This document shows, piece by piece, positions 27,301-37,900 of a stretch of 64,000 nt of DNA. The position numbers and the translations under genes were made by a program. Within the stretch, counting starts at the first letter, position 1, and each line of letters starts with the position of its first letter. Origin of the DNA: Diadema antillarum (lineage: Eukaryota); the NCBI RefSeq assembly GCF_040938485.1, contig NW_027271030.1, positions 1,240,001-1,304,000 on the forward strand, in the 5' to 3' direction. The notes below the pieces were generated by a model. It saw only the letters and a program-made list of their open reading frames with translations, searched no databases and had not been told where the DNA came from.

Positions 27301-27591
27301 AGCAAGGCCGCGTCGGCCAACAGGGCCGCAAATGCGAGTCACAGTGCTTCGCGGAGAAACTCTCATGACGCCGGTCGGTCGACCTTAGACGCTAGCCATT
27401 CGGGTTCTCTCGGACCCGCTATGGAACTTCCCGGTCAATTGGGGCTCTCTCGAAGCACCACGCCGATGATAGCCGAAGATCCGAATGAGAGCTTACCGAC
27501 AAACAATAAAGCCGAGAAGTACCAGTTGGAGATGAGAACCTCTTCTCGAGGACGAGAATCTTCCAGTGACGTGCTTGTGACGAAATTATGA
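1714..27591 (+). CDS. Nav2: Voltage-gated sodium channel alpha subunit, Nav2 (DEEA) class; 25 core coding exons, about 1949 aa once a 1-nt insertion near 15661-15665 is removed
   Basis: Four repeats, each with an Arg/Lys-periodic S4 ([11 protein letters not shown]; LRTFRMLRVLK; [18 protein letters not shown]; [24 protein letters not shown]). P-loops [36 protein letters not shown] linker [13 protein letters not shown] and a C-terminal IQ-like motif. Exon lengths sum to 5850 nt (divisible by 3) after the correction. The terminal 54, 138 and 271 nt exons match the exon sizes I recall for vertebrate SCN genes. Confidence 0.97.
5818..5945 (+). CDS. Nav2: Nav2 coding exon 2 (TFVVVARK...LMINIYTNQ)
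   Basis: CTGCAG acceptor; [21 protein letters not shown] motif typical of the Nav pre-S1 region; ends at a U12 donor ATATCCTTT. Confidence 0.93.
5946..6470 (+). other. U12-type (minor spliceosome) AT-AC intron
   Basis: 5' end ATATCCTTT, branch site CCCTTAAC at 6453-6460, terminal AC at 6469-6470. Joining restores the frame (CA|G TAT TTT GAC = Q-Y-F-D). Confidence 0.95.
6471..6557 (+). CDS. Nav2: Nav2 coding exon 3 (DI S1)
   Basis: [18 protein letters not shown]; donor GTGAGT, phase 2. Confidence 0.93.
8444..8572 (+). CDS. Nav2: Nav2 coding exon 4 (DI S2-S3)
   Basis: [20 protein letters not shown]...[15 protein letters not shown]; CAG acceptor and GTAAGC donor. Confidence 0.95.
9006..9112 (+). 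CDS. Nav2: Nav2 coding exon 5 (DI S3-S4)
   Basis: [22 protein letters not shown]; CAG acceptor and GTATGA donor. Confidence 0.95.
9654..9866 (+). CDS. Nav2: Nav2 coding exon 6 (DI S5)
   Basis: [46 protein letters not shown]; phases consistent with flanking exons. Confidence 0.95.
9998..10268 (+). mobile_element. tRNA-derived SINE copy (family A)
   Basis: A/B-box-like head, core CTCGACCCAGGTGTATAAATGGGTAC and (TTA)-like tail; alignable by eye to 41482-41760 and 56133-56355. Confidence 0.8.
10552..10609 (+). CDS. Nav2: Nav2 coding exon 7 (DI extracellular turret)
   Basis: [20 protein letters not shown]; CCCACAG acceptor and GTGAGT donor; phase 1 to 2 is needed to link exons 6 and 8. Confidence 0.88.
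10626..10700 (+). repeat. (AAAAC/AAGAC)n pentanucleotide microsatellite
   Basis: Directly visible. Confidence 0.9.
11166..11177 (+). CDS. Nav2: Candidate 12-nt microexon (would insert R-D-W-S in the DI turret)
   Basis: Long pyrimidine tract (about 11110-11147), then CACAG|CCGAGACTGGAG|GTAGGT; frame-preserving and stop-free in phase 2. Confidence 0.5.
11643..11805 (+). CDS. Nav2: Nav2 coding exon 8 (DI P-loop; filter Asp at 11779-11781)
   Basis: [43 protein letters not shown]; donor GTGAGT. Confidence 0.96.
11826..12000 (+). mobile_element. Degenerate tRNA-SINE-like remnant
   Basis: GGTGTAGTGG head, GGGTTCTAAT B-box-like segment and TACCTGGTAACGCTGG shared with family A. Confidence 0.4.
12544..12678 (+). 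CDS. Nav2: Nav2 coding exon 9 (DI S6)
   Basis: LIRAQGP...[21 protein letters not shown]; TAG acceptor and GTAAGT donor. Confidence 0.95.
12962..13225 (+). CDS. Nav2: Nav2 coding exon 10 (DI-II linker, Lys/Glu-rich)
   Basis: TTTTCAG acceptor, 88 open codons (EKEKKARE...SKVSE), donor GTACGA, phase 0 to 0. Confidence 0.85.
13603..13638 (+). CDS. Nav2: Candidate 36-nt cassette exon ([12 protein letters not shown]) in the DI-II linker
   Basis: TTTTGTTTTAAAG acceptor, GTGAGT donor, phase 0 to 0, no stop; not required for frame. Confidence 0.5.
15000..15144 (+). CDS. Nav2: Nav2 coding exon 11 (DI-II linker)
   Basis: [11 protein letters not shown]...DEDEEP; CAG acceptor and GTATCA donor; phase 0 to 1 bridges exons 10 and 12. 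Confidence 0.82.
15404..15679 (+). CDS. Nav2: Nav2 coding exon 12 (DII S1-S2 start); 276 nt as assembled, 275 needed for frame
   Basis: [27 protein letters not shown]. The read-through hits TGA at 15676-15678, whereas deleting one C gives CLEKGNE|VFTYIF, which fits the conserved GNxVFT S2 start. Confidence 0.9.
16072..16242 (+). CDS. Nav2: Nav2 coding exon 13 (DII S2-S4)
   Basis: [18 protein letters not shown]...WNIFDFVVV...LRTFRM; TTTTCAG acceptor and GTAGGT donor, phase 0. Confidence 0.95.
16441..16785 (+). CDS. Nav2: Nav2 coding exon 14 (DII S4-S6; filter Glu at 16690-16692)
   Basis: [17 protein letters not shown]...[29 protein letters not shown]. Confidence 0.97.
17450..17801 (+). CDS. 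Nav2: Nav2 coding exon 15 (DII S6 end and II-III linker)
   Basis: [18 protein letters not shown]...; TAG acceptor and GTAAGT donor. Confidence 0.93.
18197..18273 (+). CDS. Nav2: Nav2 coding exon 16 (77 nt, II-III linker; not in the ORF track)
   Basis: CCCTAG acceptor and GTGAGT donor; [25 protein letters not shown]; phase 1 to 0 is required to link exons 15 and 17. Confidence 0.8.
18701..19213 (+). CDS. Nav2: Nav2 coding exon 17 (Pro-rich II-III linker and DIII S1)
   Basis: LPPPQPISQ...DPVKDCLP...[22 protein letters not shown]; CAG acceptor and GTAAGT donor. Confidence 0.94.
19524..19606. repeat. (TA)n microsatellite
   Basis: Directly visible. Confidence 0.95.
19934..20107 (+). CDS. Nav2: Nav2 coding exon 18 (DIII S2-S3)
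   Basis: IFEDIYL...[36 protein letters not shown]. Confidence 0.96.
20464..20586 (+). CDS. Nav2: Nav2 coding exon 19 (DIII S4)
   Basis: [24 protein letters not shown]. Confidence 0.97.
21176..21439 (+). CDS. Nav2: Nav2 coding exon 20 (DIII S5 and turret)
   Basis: [42 protein letters not shown]...[21 protein letters not shown]. Confidence 0.97.
21520..22030 (-). mobile_element. 5'-truncated CR1/L2-group LINE 3' end in a channel intron
   Basis: Minus-strand ...[20 protein letters not shown]...LIMMYKI...[13 protein letters not shown]...SFRNRL matches the ORF2 C-terminus of CR1-like LINEs. Confidence 0.85.
22379..22432 (+). CDS. Nav2: Nav2 coding exon 21 (54 nt; DIII filter Glu at 22388-22390)
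   Basis: [18 protein letters not shown]; TTCAG acceptor and GTAAGT donor. Confidence 0.95.
22856..22993 (+). CDS. Nav2: Nav2 coding exon 22 (138 nt; DIII S6)
   Basis: YDLQP...[31 protein letters not shown]. Confidence 0.97.
23521..23634 (+). CDS. Nav2: Nav2 coding exon 23 (III-IV inactivation linker, MFL at 23545-23553)
   Basis: [38 protein letters not shown]. Confidence 0.95.
24318..24425. repeat. AT-rich (TA)n-derived low-complexity tract
   Basis: Directly visible. Confidence 0.85.
25324..25594 (+). CDS. Nav2: Nav2 coding exon 24 (271 nt; DIV S1-S3)
   Basis: [10 protein letters not shown]...[21 protein letters not shown]...[20 protein letters not shown]. Confidence 0.97.
26351..27591 (+). 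CDS. Nav2: Nav2 terminal coding exon 25 (DIV S4-S6, filter Ala at 26668-26670, EF-hand-like/IQ C-terminus)
   Basis: [32 protein letters not shown]...[14 protein letters not shown]...[12 protein letters not shown]...[10 protein letters not shown]...IVQRAYR...VTKL, then stop. Confidence 0.98.
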
Positions 27592-27793
27592 CATGACAAT
27601 AGAATTTACGTCATAGAGACTGATCTCCAGGAGGAAACAAATAAGAACTGATATGTAACGTTGCCAATTATTTTGCTATGTACATGACTGTATTTCTAGG
27701 CAAAACACAAAGAATATCAACCTTAGTTGAGTCGAGGCAATGTAACTCATACCAACGCATTGTTGATCGTACAGGTGTGCCTAGAGAAAGTGC

Positions 27794-27799
27794 AATAAA
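27794..27799 (+). terminator. Candidate polyadenylation signal AATAAA of the channel gene
   Basis: First canonical hexamer about 200 nt after the stop codon, followed by GT-rich sequence. Confidence 0.4.
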
Positions 27800-29454
27800 C
27801 CACTGATATTCAAACAAGTGTGTGTGAAGAATTGAGAGAAAGTATTTGATATGTAAATTATGAAGAAATATCCAAAAGGACCTAAGTGCCTCACAGAAAT
27901 ATCTTCACACAATGTGTCTTACGTAGCAAGTGTATGATATAGTTGTACTGCTTTTAGGTTATGTACTCTGTCCAGTAGGTGTATTTTTTTAATGCTTTGA
28001 ACCATGCAAATGCAGACCTCCCGCTTGATAGATAAGTGGATTTGTATTGATATTTTGGATGGTAGTTTGTTGACGTTGAGGGATAGCGATGGGTTTTTAT
28101 TCTTGCTAGAGATTTATCCATTTTTTTTTTACCCGAAGAAGAAATTATTTTGGTGTCTTGTCCTTTTCTGTCTGTAAGTAAGCAAAATCTTACATTAACA
28201 TTGAGAAAACAAGCAATATACACACATCCAGACTGCTCTAGAGGAGGCTGACCTTCTACTAAAAACCCTGTCTCGGTAAAAATGAATGTGAATCGAATCT
28301 GGAAACATGTTAATATCTTAATTGTTCGTAACGAGTCCTTTACTTCTGCTAACAAAATTAAGACGGACTATTTTCGTCGTGAAAGTGTAGGGTCCTCAAG
28401 GTTCAAAGCATCAAGTTCATTGATTTCCTGATCACTTTTTCAGTATTTTATCTGTATATGCCTTTTTAGACTTAGTATTTAATTTACTTTTTGTGAGTAA
28501 GTCACAAAAAGGAAAGTGTAGAAAAATTATTAAAACAAGAATATCCCAAAAGCTACGATGCCATACAAAATACTGAAATCGTTTGTAAATAAATACAGTG
28601 ACTCGGAATTCGAAATTTGGTCACGCCATCGTCAAGTCATGAGTTAACTAAACAATATTTAAACGGAATTGACGAACTTCATTACAGAGTAAACACAGTG
28701 TTGGAAAACAATGAAAATGATGGCTTTGTTTATGTTTGCTTTACACAATCGAACTTAAAAAGAAATCAAGGTTTTACTCCGATACAGTTAGTGAATAGTA
28801 AAAGCACTTCTTGAAGTCTGTGGTATATTATGTTTGATGAAAATAAGGAAACAAATGATGTGGAAATATTCTTCTTCTCCTCTTAGAAATATCTCTTTCT
28901 TTGTCGACTGCTATAAATTTTGGTTTATCTTTTATCCTTTTTTAACTTGCATTGAGAAGGAGAAGGAGAAGTCACTGTACATAATGATTTCATTAAAGGT
29001 CATGCTCTATGTACATCAGGTTTTTTTTTTTTAAAATGATACATACCGCCAAGCAGCTTGCTGGTGTATGGTTGTAAGTGTTGGCGTATTCCTTTTACAT
29101 AAAGAGAGTTGGAAAACTGAACAGAGCTATCGACTGTGATTTGGCCTTTTTCTTGAGCTGATCTGTGAGTGTGTATGTATATTAGTTTGAATACATGACG
29201 TATTCATTCTCATGAATGTCGCATGTTTGCGTGTTGGTTTGTGTGCATGCTGTCACGCTTCTGTGTACATGGGTTTATGTGTGTTTGCACGTCAGACGCC
29301 ATGAACGTAGATATGAATGTATCTTATTTGTGTGTATGCAGGCATGGACGAACTCTTGTATGTCTGTATCTGTGCTCGTACCGTGCTTGTATCTGGCCTG
29401 GAAACAGCGGGTTTCCCGCCACAATAACAGCCCTCCCCCTCCCCCTCCCAGGCC

Positions 29455-29492
29455 AACAACAACAACAACAACGACGACGACGACAACAACAA
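29455..29492. repeat. (AAC)/(GAC) trinucleotide repeat
   Basis: Directly visible. Confidence 0.85.
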
Positions 29493-29576
29493 CGCAATGA
29501 AAAGGAACACAGAAACGCATTAAGCTGCAGAATGGGGTAACTGACATGTTTTCTACCTCAATGTTGTCAGATTATG

Positions 29577-29721
29577 NNNNNNNNNNNNNNNNNNNNNNNN
29601 NNNNNNNNNNNNNNNNNNNNNNNNNNNNNNNNNNNNNNNNNNNNNNNNNNNNNNNNNNNNNNNNNNNNNNNNNNNNNNNNNNNNNNNNNNNNNNNNNNNN
29701 NNNNNNNNNNNNNNNNNNNNN
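29577..29721. other. Assembly gap (N run)
   Basis: N characters. Confidence 1.
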
Positions 29722-30774
29722 TAAAACTCCAGTTGATGGATCCCTTATCCCCTTCAGCTCTCGTACTACGCGTGCGTATCATAAAATGACACCTGCTATT
29801 CAACACCCTACCCAACTGACTGCTCCAATGAGAGCTAAAGCTACAAGTTACCTCGAAGATCACGTGTTCCTTATAAAGACTCATTACGATCAGGTTGGTT
29901 AGGAATGCTTCTGTGCAATTTCGACATTGGGTAAAGAAGATGTTATATAGTTATCACCAAATGATTTTTATATTAAAAAATCGTGAATGCGAAGACTTGA
30001 CTTAAATGTGTGTTTACAGGTGACTGTGAGAGACCTGTTCGATAGTGTGTTCAGTGTGCATGGAGGCTTGCCCGACATAACAACAAAATTGATAAAACGC
30101 AATGCATTTAAAAGAGAGAGATAGATTTGATAGCTCACTAATGAGATTTCAAGGAATTTTTTTTTGAATCATGAGTGCATAAATCGGATGTTTATTGATG
30201 CTTTGAAAAGTTTGCTTTCCTGACGATTTAGATCACTTGGCTACGAACTGTCGTATTTGACAGAGAAAATGAAAATTCATCAAAATCATAACGTATTTTT
30301 GTAATCATCAGCGGATTGATATGCAGATAATCAAGACATATGTCATAACAGATCCTTCCAAATTTGGTATTGTTAATATTCACTGTTTGCACTTGTATAT
30401 ACAGATAAGGATCACTGATTGATGCTGCATAGAGCGTAAGTAGCATAAATCATGTTTGCTTTTTGTAAGGGGAAGATAGCGGCATTATCACTTTGTTGCC
30501 TTGGTAACGGTGCACATCCAACGACGTATACACCGGATTATAAGGCGGTCCCACAGCATGGGGTAACCATTAGTACCACTCTGTCCAAGGGCATCGCGAA
30601 TTGTGATCGTGTCTCTTTCATCCAATTTCGTGTAGCTTTCCATATGATAGCCTGCAATCCTTCCCCTCAAATATAGGTAAACTTTCAAACTCTAGAGTTG
30701 CCCAAGGAGCTAGGCTTTGTCACTGAAAACACATTTCCTTTTTCTGTCAGCTGATATGCCTCATGGGTCAAAAA

Positions 30775-33700
30775 ATGGCAACTGGAGGCTCTCTTGGAGG
30801 ACAGAATCTGCATAGACGAAAGATGGTAAGTTTTGAAGGACTGTAATACGCTGTCATGTTAACACGAAATTTATTTCATCACTTGAAATAGGCAAACATG
30901 AAATTGTGATAAGAGAATGAGCCTCTAAACATATCATTCCCTTCATATTTCCAGAAGGCTGATGATGATTGAAACTGAAACCTGTTTTAAGTGAAAATTA
31001 CATACAGATAAACTCATAATGTATTTGCTATATTTACCCTAGTATAAATGTACAATTACGCTTAATTCTATTTTCGTTCATGTTTTCATAAAAATTATGA
31101 TTTTTTAAAATTAATCTTTGAAATAGAACCATGTTAATAATGTAGGTAGATGCACTCCAATTAAACCACTTCTAGGTTCGTTTTCTTGTTTGTTTATGAC
31201 GTTGTATACTCATTATATCGGTCATTGTTATATTTCTGAGATTTTCATTTCTGGTCTTTACTGCATCCTGTTTTACTTTTTTTTTCCATTCTGTCCCATT
31301 CAAATCACTGTTTTGTTATATATACTTGCACAGCTAAGAGTACAAAGTTTAAAAGAAAATATTATCAGTTATTCTCATAAAGTAACAAATACAAATGTGA
31401 GTACAAATAGATGTTACAATTCTTTCGCTTTTTATATTTTTCTTACTAGTATGACTGCAACGATTTTTACTGTTGTAGAAATTTTATCACTTTTGTCATT
31501 ATCATGGCTCTAATTTAAAGGAATTTACCCTCACTGCTGCTTTTGTCATACATCATTTCAATATACCGAAGCAGGGAGGTGAATCTCATCTCCCTGACGG
31601 AAGCGCTCAAGCACACACGATTTGGAAGGGAAATATGTAATATGTTAGCCTATGTAAATTAGGCAATTACATCTTATTACTGGAGTCCATTAGAACAGAT
31701 TCTTTTTTTGTGTGTGTGTGTGTGAGTGTGTGTTTGTGGACGAGCAAGAGGTACATTGTGGGGGTTTTATCCTATGTTTCACTTTATTTACTCAGGCAGT
31801 AAGGCACTGTGGGGGTTAAATGACATTATACGAGTAATAATTAAAATGTCTATGGGAGAAAACAACGGGGTAATCCCACAAGATGACAAGTACCTATTGC
31901 TAGTTTGGGTGGTCTTTGNNNNNNNNNNNNNNNNNNNNNNNNNNNNNNNNNNNNNNNNNNNNNNNNNNNNNNNNNNNNNNNNNNNNNNNNNNNNNNNNNN
32001 NNNNNNNNNNNNNNNNNNNNNNNNNNNNNNNNNNNNNNNNNNNNNNNNNNNNNNNNNNNNNNNNNNNNNNNNNNNNNNNNNNNNNNNNGTGTCAAACTGA
32101 CCTAATTTTCTGTAGTCTTAATCAGGTCAGGTGCATTAAAAGGCATCATTTTTTTTTTGTCCGTGTGGAGAATTCAGTGATCAGATCATCTGCGGCTACC
32201 TGTGATTGCTCAAGAACAATTCTTGGGTTGGATGTGAGATTAAGGCTAGATGAAATGTGCCTTAAAGGTCCAGTTTACCTTTGGGAGCAGTCATTTGCAA
32301 AATGTTCAAGATATCGCCTTTCATGCATATGTGTAGGTCTGTTGTACCACAAAACACCCTTCCATGTGAAAGTTTTGCAATAAAGCCAAAGTTATGAGGA
32401 GATGTCATCATTTTTCTCAGTAAACCGTAGCGGTATACGGTTTAGTTTTGAAACATTTTTATTATAACTATTGTTCACATTTTGTATATTTAACAATACT
32501 TAGAATCGATTTTACTGATTCAAATTTTACAGTGGTTGTTTCTATCTCTAACTCACACTTTAGAACTACTTTAAAGCACTAATGCTGGGTTTTCGTTTCA
32601 TCTGCAAATGGTAAGTTATGCCTTTAAGTTATCTAGTGACAGTGGATAGTGGTGAACAGATCGAGTTTAGTGCATTGAATATTTATGAACCATTGCATAG
32701 TCTTTGATTCGTGCCACAGCTTCTACACTATCTAGGCTGATGCTTCAAGTTAAGACCTAGTTTCACCTTCTAACATCCACTAACATGAAAGGAACAAGAG
32801 ATAAAAGAAAACACTCATGTCTATGCCTTCATCTTTCATTATCTATCTATCTATCTATCTATCTACCTATCTAATCTATCTATCTATCTATCTATCTATA
32901 TAATGACTAAGTATGTTAATGAATGAGTAGATGAATATGTTATATATATAAAAATCCATTATACATACATATTTGCCATGGCCAGTTCCCCCTCGTCAAT
33001 TCCCCCCCCCCCCCCACATCATGCCGTCTTTTTTTCACTTTATGGCTGAAGCTCTGTATCGCAACTTTGCATGGAAAATATAGCTACGAGTAAACCTTTA
33101 GTTTATCAGGACACAGATGATTGTTGATAGTAATCAACAGAAACTAGTAGACCGTTAAATGCCACGTACTGAAAGCTGTGTTGTTCCTAAATGCGATACA
33201 GACCTTTATCGTTCGTAATTTTGAAGAAGGAAAAACTAAACAATTTCGTCAAACATTTTTATCATTATAATCACAAATCATGACAGTTCAATCAGATAAT
33301 CAGATTTTATTATTTACTTAATTTGCAGGCAAGGGGAATATTTCCGGCTGGATTTGTCGTACGTGCTTTCTTCTTCATCATCATCTTTACATCCCAAGGT
33401 AGGTCTATCAATTCATTCAAAGACCACGTCAAACAAATTGACCGAACTGTTAATTTCCAGAATTGCAAGATAGTAATCTCTCGGATTACCTTTCGAACTT
33501 TCCTGGGAAAGACTTACATGATTGGCGCCGCTATTCAGTGCCTTGTATATCACGTNNNNNNNNNNNNNNNNNNNNNNNNNNNNNNNNNNNNNNNNNNNNN
33601 NNNNNNNNNNNNNNNNNNNNNNNNNNNNNNNNNNNNNNNNNNNNNNNNNNNNNNNNNNNNNNNNNNNNNNNNNNNNNNNNNNNNNNNNNNNNNNNNNNNN

Positions 33701-33783
33701 NNNNNNNNNNNNNNNNAGTTGTCACTAATAAGTCATTTTGTTGTTTACTATATATAAAAATAAACACACACACGTACACACAC

Positions 33784-33840
<57 letters not shown>

Positions 33841-34918
33841 TGATCATAATGTGTTGTGTGTGTGCATGGGGGTGTATTGATTTATATCAGGTCTCGATAC
33901 TAGCTTCGTTTCTCTGAAGGTCCGTTCGAGCCACTAAAATCATAATGTTTGAAATGTTGATGGCTCGAAACGGAATGGTAAGGGCGTTGAATAATAGGAC
34001 TCAACATAGCGATATATTTGACTCTTAGTTGCTAGGTCGGGCCACCAAAAGATATACCTTCTGAAAGTCTGATGGCCCTACACCAACAATTTCTATAATA
34101 GCCCCGGAACACCGGGTCACCGCCAATGTTGAACCCTGCATATATTATCTACCTTATTGTATAATCATGCTAGCAAATGCTCGTTAGCAAAGGAGTAGCA
34201 AACCCAGGGAGGAAAATACCCAGGATAAGAAATACGATTAAACATCCTTATTGTCAATCGAGAGAAAAAGAAGACTTCCGTTTGGTCGGTTGGAAAATGA
34301 TATTGATATTGATATGGAAAGATTTATGTCGGAAGAATTTCATAAAGGTAATATGTTACCGATCTCCAAAACGAAATCTAAAAGAGCGAAACATCGATAA
34401 GTGTTCTTTGATCTATACCATTCTCTTCTTTATTGTTGCACTGAATGAAGAATTTGTTGCATTTACATCGCAAACTAATCACAGAAATTTATACTGTTTC
34501 GATATTGGTTTCATAATGAAGTTGCAGGTTTCAACGCCTTTTTGTCGCCGGGGGATCAGTCGATAGTTGGCACTCTTTGTTTAAGAAACGGAACAAATGA
34601 CTTGGAATGGACAGATCAGAAGATTAATCCATGTCGTGCAATCAACGGTTCACGAGGCGAACAGATAAATCTATTTCCACATGAAATATCTCTCCCATTT
34701 CCCAGAGGCCATCGTCATTTTGTCTGCCGTCCCGCTCTTGACTACAGTAAGTAAGATCTAGACTTTTTAGCTTTCTGCATTCCTCAAGTTACCAGCTGTA
34801 CTCCCAATCGTTACCGATACTAACCACTAGCTATCCATTAAGCGGAAAGAACTTGCGATTGTCACACCATCATTACTCAGTGATCGTTCTTATTACCATA
34901 ATAATTGAATAGATTATG

Positions 34919-34958
<40 letters not shown>

Positions 34959-37900
34959 TAATAATAATTGAGTACATTTCGACTCTGTCATATCGTGCCT
35001 CCTTTCAGGCAATAACCCAGTGATTAAAATTTCGCTCTTATCCCGTCCTTCTTACAGCCTCCGTAACAAGCACGACAGAGCAAGAAAATGTGGAAACAAC
35101 TCAGAGTTACGTTGCAACAACTCCTACACGATCACAAACATCAACAGAGCCTGCGGGAAATACACGAGCAACGACGGAGTCACCTTTCTTAGCCACGTTG
35201 ATTGAGACAACTCGTGCCACTACACAAGCGAATACGTTCTCCCATACATCATCCTTCCAAGAAACCAGCTTGGCTGAAGAAGCAACGCCATCTAAGCCAA
35301 CCCAAACTACAACTGATGCTACGACCGCAATGCAAACATCGCAAGTGGCAACGGAAAACTCACCTCTTCAGACATCAAATGCTGCTACTTTGTCACTGAC
35401 AACCTTACAAGAGGAGACTACCTCCGCTATGACAATGTTGTCCACCGACGAACAAGCGTCAACTGCGGTAAAAATAACCACACACCCGCAATGGAGTGAA
35501 GAACAGACAGCGGCGGAGACAGAAGACACTCCACACACAACGGGTCAGGAGACTGCATCGTTCGAACAGACGTCTCTCGCGACAACTACACCACAAACGA
35601 CTCAAGTGTCTGCTTTACTTTTCTCACAAGAGCAACCGACAACGGAGAGAGAAGGAACGGTTCTCTCAACCCAATTTCACAGCACTCCAATAACTTTAGA
35701 ACAACCCACTGAAGTGACCACAGATGTGCTATCAACGACTCCCTTGTCAACTACGACACTAACTGCCGCGCAATCTACATACTTGTCAGTTACCATGGAT
35801 ACAGGCGAGCTACCATTCTCAACAGATTCTCCACTTACGGAACCCGATGTTGCACCATCAACTGTCACAAAGTCGAGAAAGCTGTCTACGTCAGCTCCGA
35901 CGCAAAACGCACAAAAGAGGTCTACCGTAGGGGTGGACGCTACATCATCCTCAACAACTTCCCTCGGTCAAACAACTGATGACGCTTCAACCACTGGAGT
36001 TTCTACCTTGCCCGCTTCAACAGAGACAACAGATTTGAAGTGTGAAACACCGGAAGGTAATACGTGGTTATTTACAGACACCACTTACGATGCCAGAAGA
36101 CAAGTTGATTTCGCTTGAAGTTTCATGACTAAGATATAATGGAAACGTGCTGATAGATTATTAACATTTAGTACTACACGCTATCAACATGTCACCACAG
36201 TCATACCCTTGGCAACAACTTTAACTTTCTTTCTCACCATATTACGCATCCATCCGTATCGAGCATGGCTATACATGCTGAAGCACTGATGCTTCCTGCA
36301 TAAAGACCACCTACACATACAGGAACCCTCCCACAAAACCCATTTTAACAACTATAGAATTGTAATAGGGATACTTATCATAGTTTTATAGAAAATGTAA
36401 GATATTAAATAGGTCCTTTTATGATTAATGTTTTGTTTATTCACAATTCGTTTGAAAAGTAAACATACATCATATACATGTATCACTTGTTTTTGCTACG
36501 CACATTGATTGTCAGTTCTCCCTTGAATCGAACATTTTGTATAATACATTATAATACACTGTAATACAGGAAAGTTCAGGAATCACAATGATATTTCGAT
36601 TGCTTGTAAAACTGAACACTTCTTCAACTCGACTATACCATTTACAAAATTCGGGGTATTTCATTAACGTAAGTATAGTTGATCGTTGTTCATTAAAGTC
36701 AACATTTCACGGGACTTTGATCTTTCCTGAATCTTCTAGAAGACTCTAGAATGTTCTAAAAGTATCTCCAGAAAATTCAGACAATGATTACATAGATTTT
36801 CATTCTTTCTCTCTCAATTCTGTGTTGCCGCAGGTGCCACCATCTTTGTTGGTCATGGAAACCAAGGAGTTTATGTTGCAGACCTCGACAATGAGACTGT
36901 CGCCGAATTTTTCAACTTTTCGACAACACCATACTGTCTGGCGTACGAGAGTGTGCAGAATAAGCTGTACTGGTGCGACGTCTACCAAATTTTGCGCGTC
37001 GATCTGTCAACTAAATCCAAGGAAGCAGCTTCAGATGTATTTACTTCGTGTTAGTTTTCGCCAAATATTGATGACATTTTTTTTTTATAATTCTTTATTT
37101 GAATTTCGTTCAATATCATGTCACAAGAATCAGAAACGTTCACAAAACAAAAACAAGACATCATACAAAAACAGACATACACAATCATGATACAAAATAA
37201 CATCAACTTACACTACATAAGAACAAAATGCAGTAATACCAACATTGTGCAAAAATAATGTCAAACTTACTCTGTAACTCTTTTAACTAAAAAAAAAACC
37301 CCACCAAATCCGCTTTTTAATTTTTTAACACATATTCTCGCAAAAGCCCGCAAAACAGGAACATAATAGATATTTTGCTTAAAAACAAAAAAAACAAAAA
37401 CGGGCATATTTCATTGCTTCTCGAAAAAAAAGAGAAAAAAAAGGCCATTTCCGAGAAAACATACACACATACACACATACACACCAACATAACACCATTA
37501 TGCCCTCCCCCTTCCCCCCTCCCCCATGCACCCTCCCCGTGCCTTCAGCCCTCAGGTTTATATCAACACTTGAATAACTCTGCCGTGTAAGTTGCCATTT
37601 TATTTGTCATACAATAAAATGCATCCTAATCATAATATGGAGATGATGTGGAAAGGTAGAAGCAATAGAGAGAGAGAAAAAAAAACCCGACAACGATGTG
37701 ATAATAACTCGCGGATACGGCAAAATCAAGACAAAAAAAAAATCACGTATCATCCTCGGTATACTTCAAATATTCCCACTTTTGCAAATACATTACAACT
37801 TTTCTTCTTTTACTCGCTATCTTATTTTCTTCTTCTTTACACATATCAAAATACTTCACAAAATCATCAAACTTCGGTACTTTCCCTTCTGATCTCGCTA

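Noticed and set aside
33891-34520. Missing N-terminal half of a C-type lectin domain for gene 2
   Set aside because: Suggestive fragments (RYWF, EEFV) lie in different frames with stops and lack good acceptors; any real exon may be in the 33556-33716 gap.
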